From the IMG/VR virus record IMGVR_UViG_3300037471_001331: 25,675 bases of DNA. One strand, 5' to 3'. Source of the DNA: an uncultured virus (IMG/VR IMGVR_UViG_3300037471_001331). Taxonomy: Duplodnaviria; Heunggongvirae; Uroviricota; Caudoviricetes. The notes beneath the pieces are model-generated. The model searched no databases, was not told the origin of the DNA, and saw nothing but the letters and a program-made list of their open reading frames with translations. Made by a program: the position numbers and the translations under genes. Shown piece after piece: positions 25,590 through 25,675 of the stretch (position 1 is its first letter; each line of letters begins with the position of its first letter).

Positions 25590-25675
25590 TCAGGAAACGA
25601 TCAGCCTCTCGTCAATGAAGGCCCGGACGTAATCGGGGACATCCTTAAGATGCTCGTCGAGAATGTTCTGCCAGT
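25590..25675 (-). CDS. 3' end of an upstream leftward phage gene, partial
   Basis: Minus frame WQNILDEHLKDVPDYVRAFIDERLIVS ending at TGA 25592-25590. Confidence 0.55.
   Translation of the reverse strand, partial: WQNILDEHLKDVPDYVRAFIDERLIVS

Overview
GC-rich segment of a temperate, long-tailed (siphovirus-like) phage. The host is most likely an alphaproteobacterium, inferred from a GapR/DUF2312 homologue and an alpha-type tRNA-Met-like att core. Left to right: (i) a rearranged virion morphogenesis region (neck/terminator-like genes, a ribbon-helix-helix protein, tail assembly chaperones with a -1 slippery site, a ~1512-aa tape measure, distal tail, tail tube, lambda L/K/I/J-like tip genes interrupted by an HTH-metallophosphoesterase); (ii) a leftward nucleotide/recombination block (dNMP kinase, thyA, SbcC/Rad50-like ATPase); (iii) a lysis cassette (SAR-type endolysin, holin, two-component spanin) ending in a membrane-anchored LapG/BTLCP-like cysteine protease; (iv) an intact attP, a tyrosine integrase, a small integrase-coupled gene and a GapR homologue. 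Most notable: the LapG-like protease coupled to the lysis cassette; a CTAATCCACA motif 54-55 nt upstream of four SD-less late start codons; a repeated AGTGAC-N3-GTCACT palindrome upstream of leftward genes; and a structured intergenic element carrying a perfect 13-nt Shine-Dalgarno with no start codon. All family assignments come from motif recognition and synteny, not database searches.
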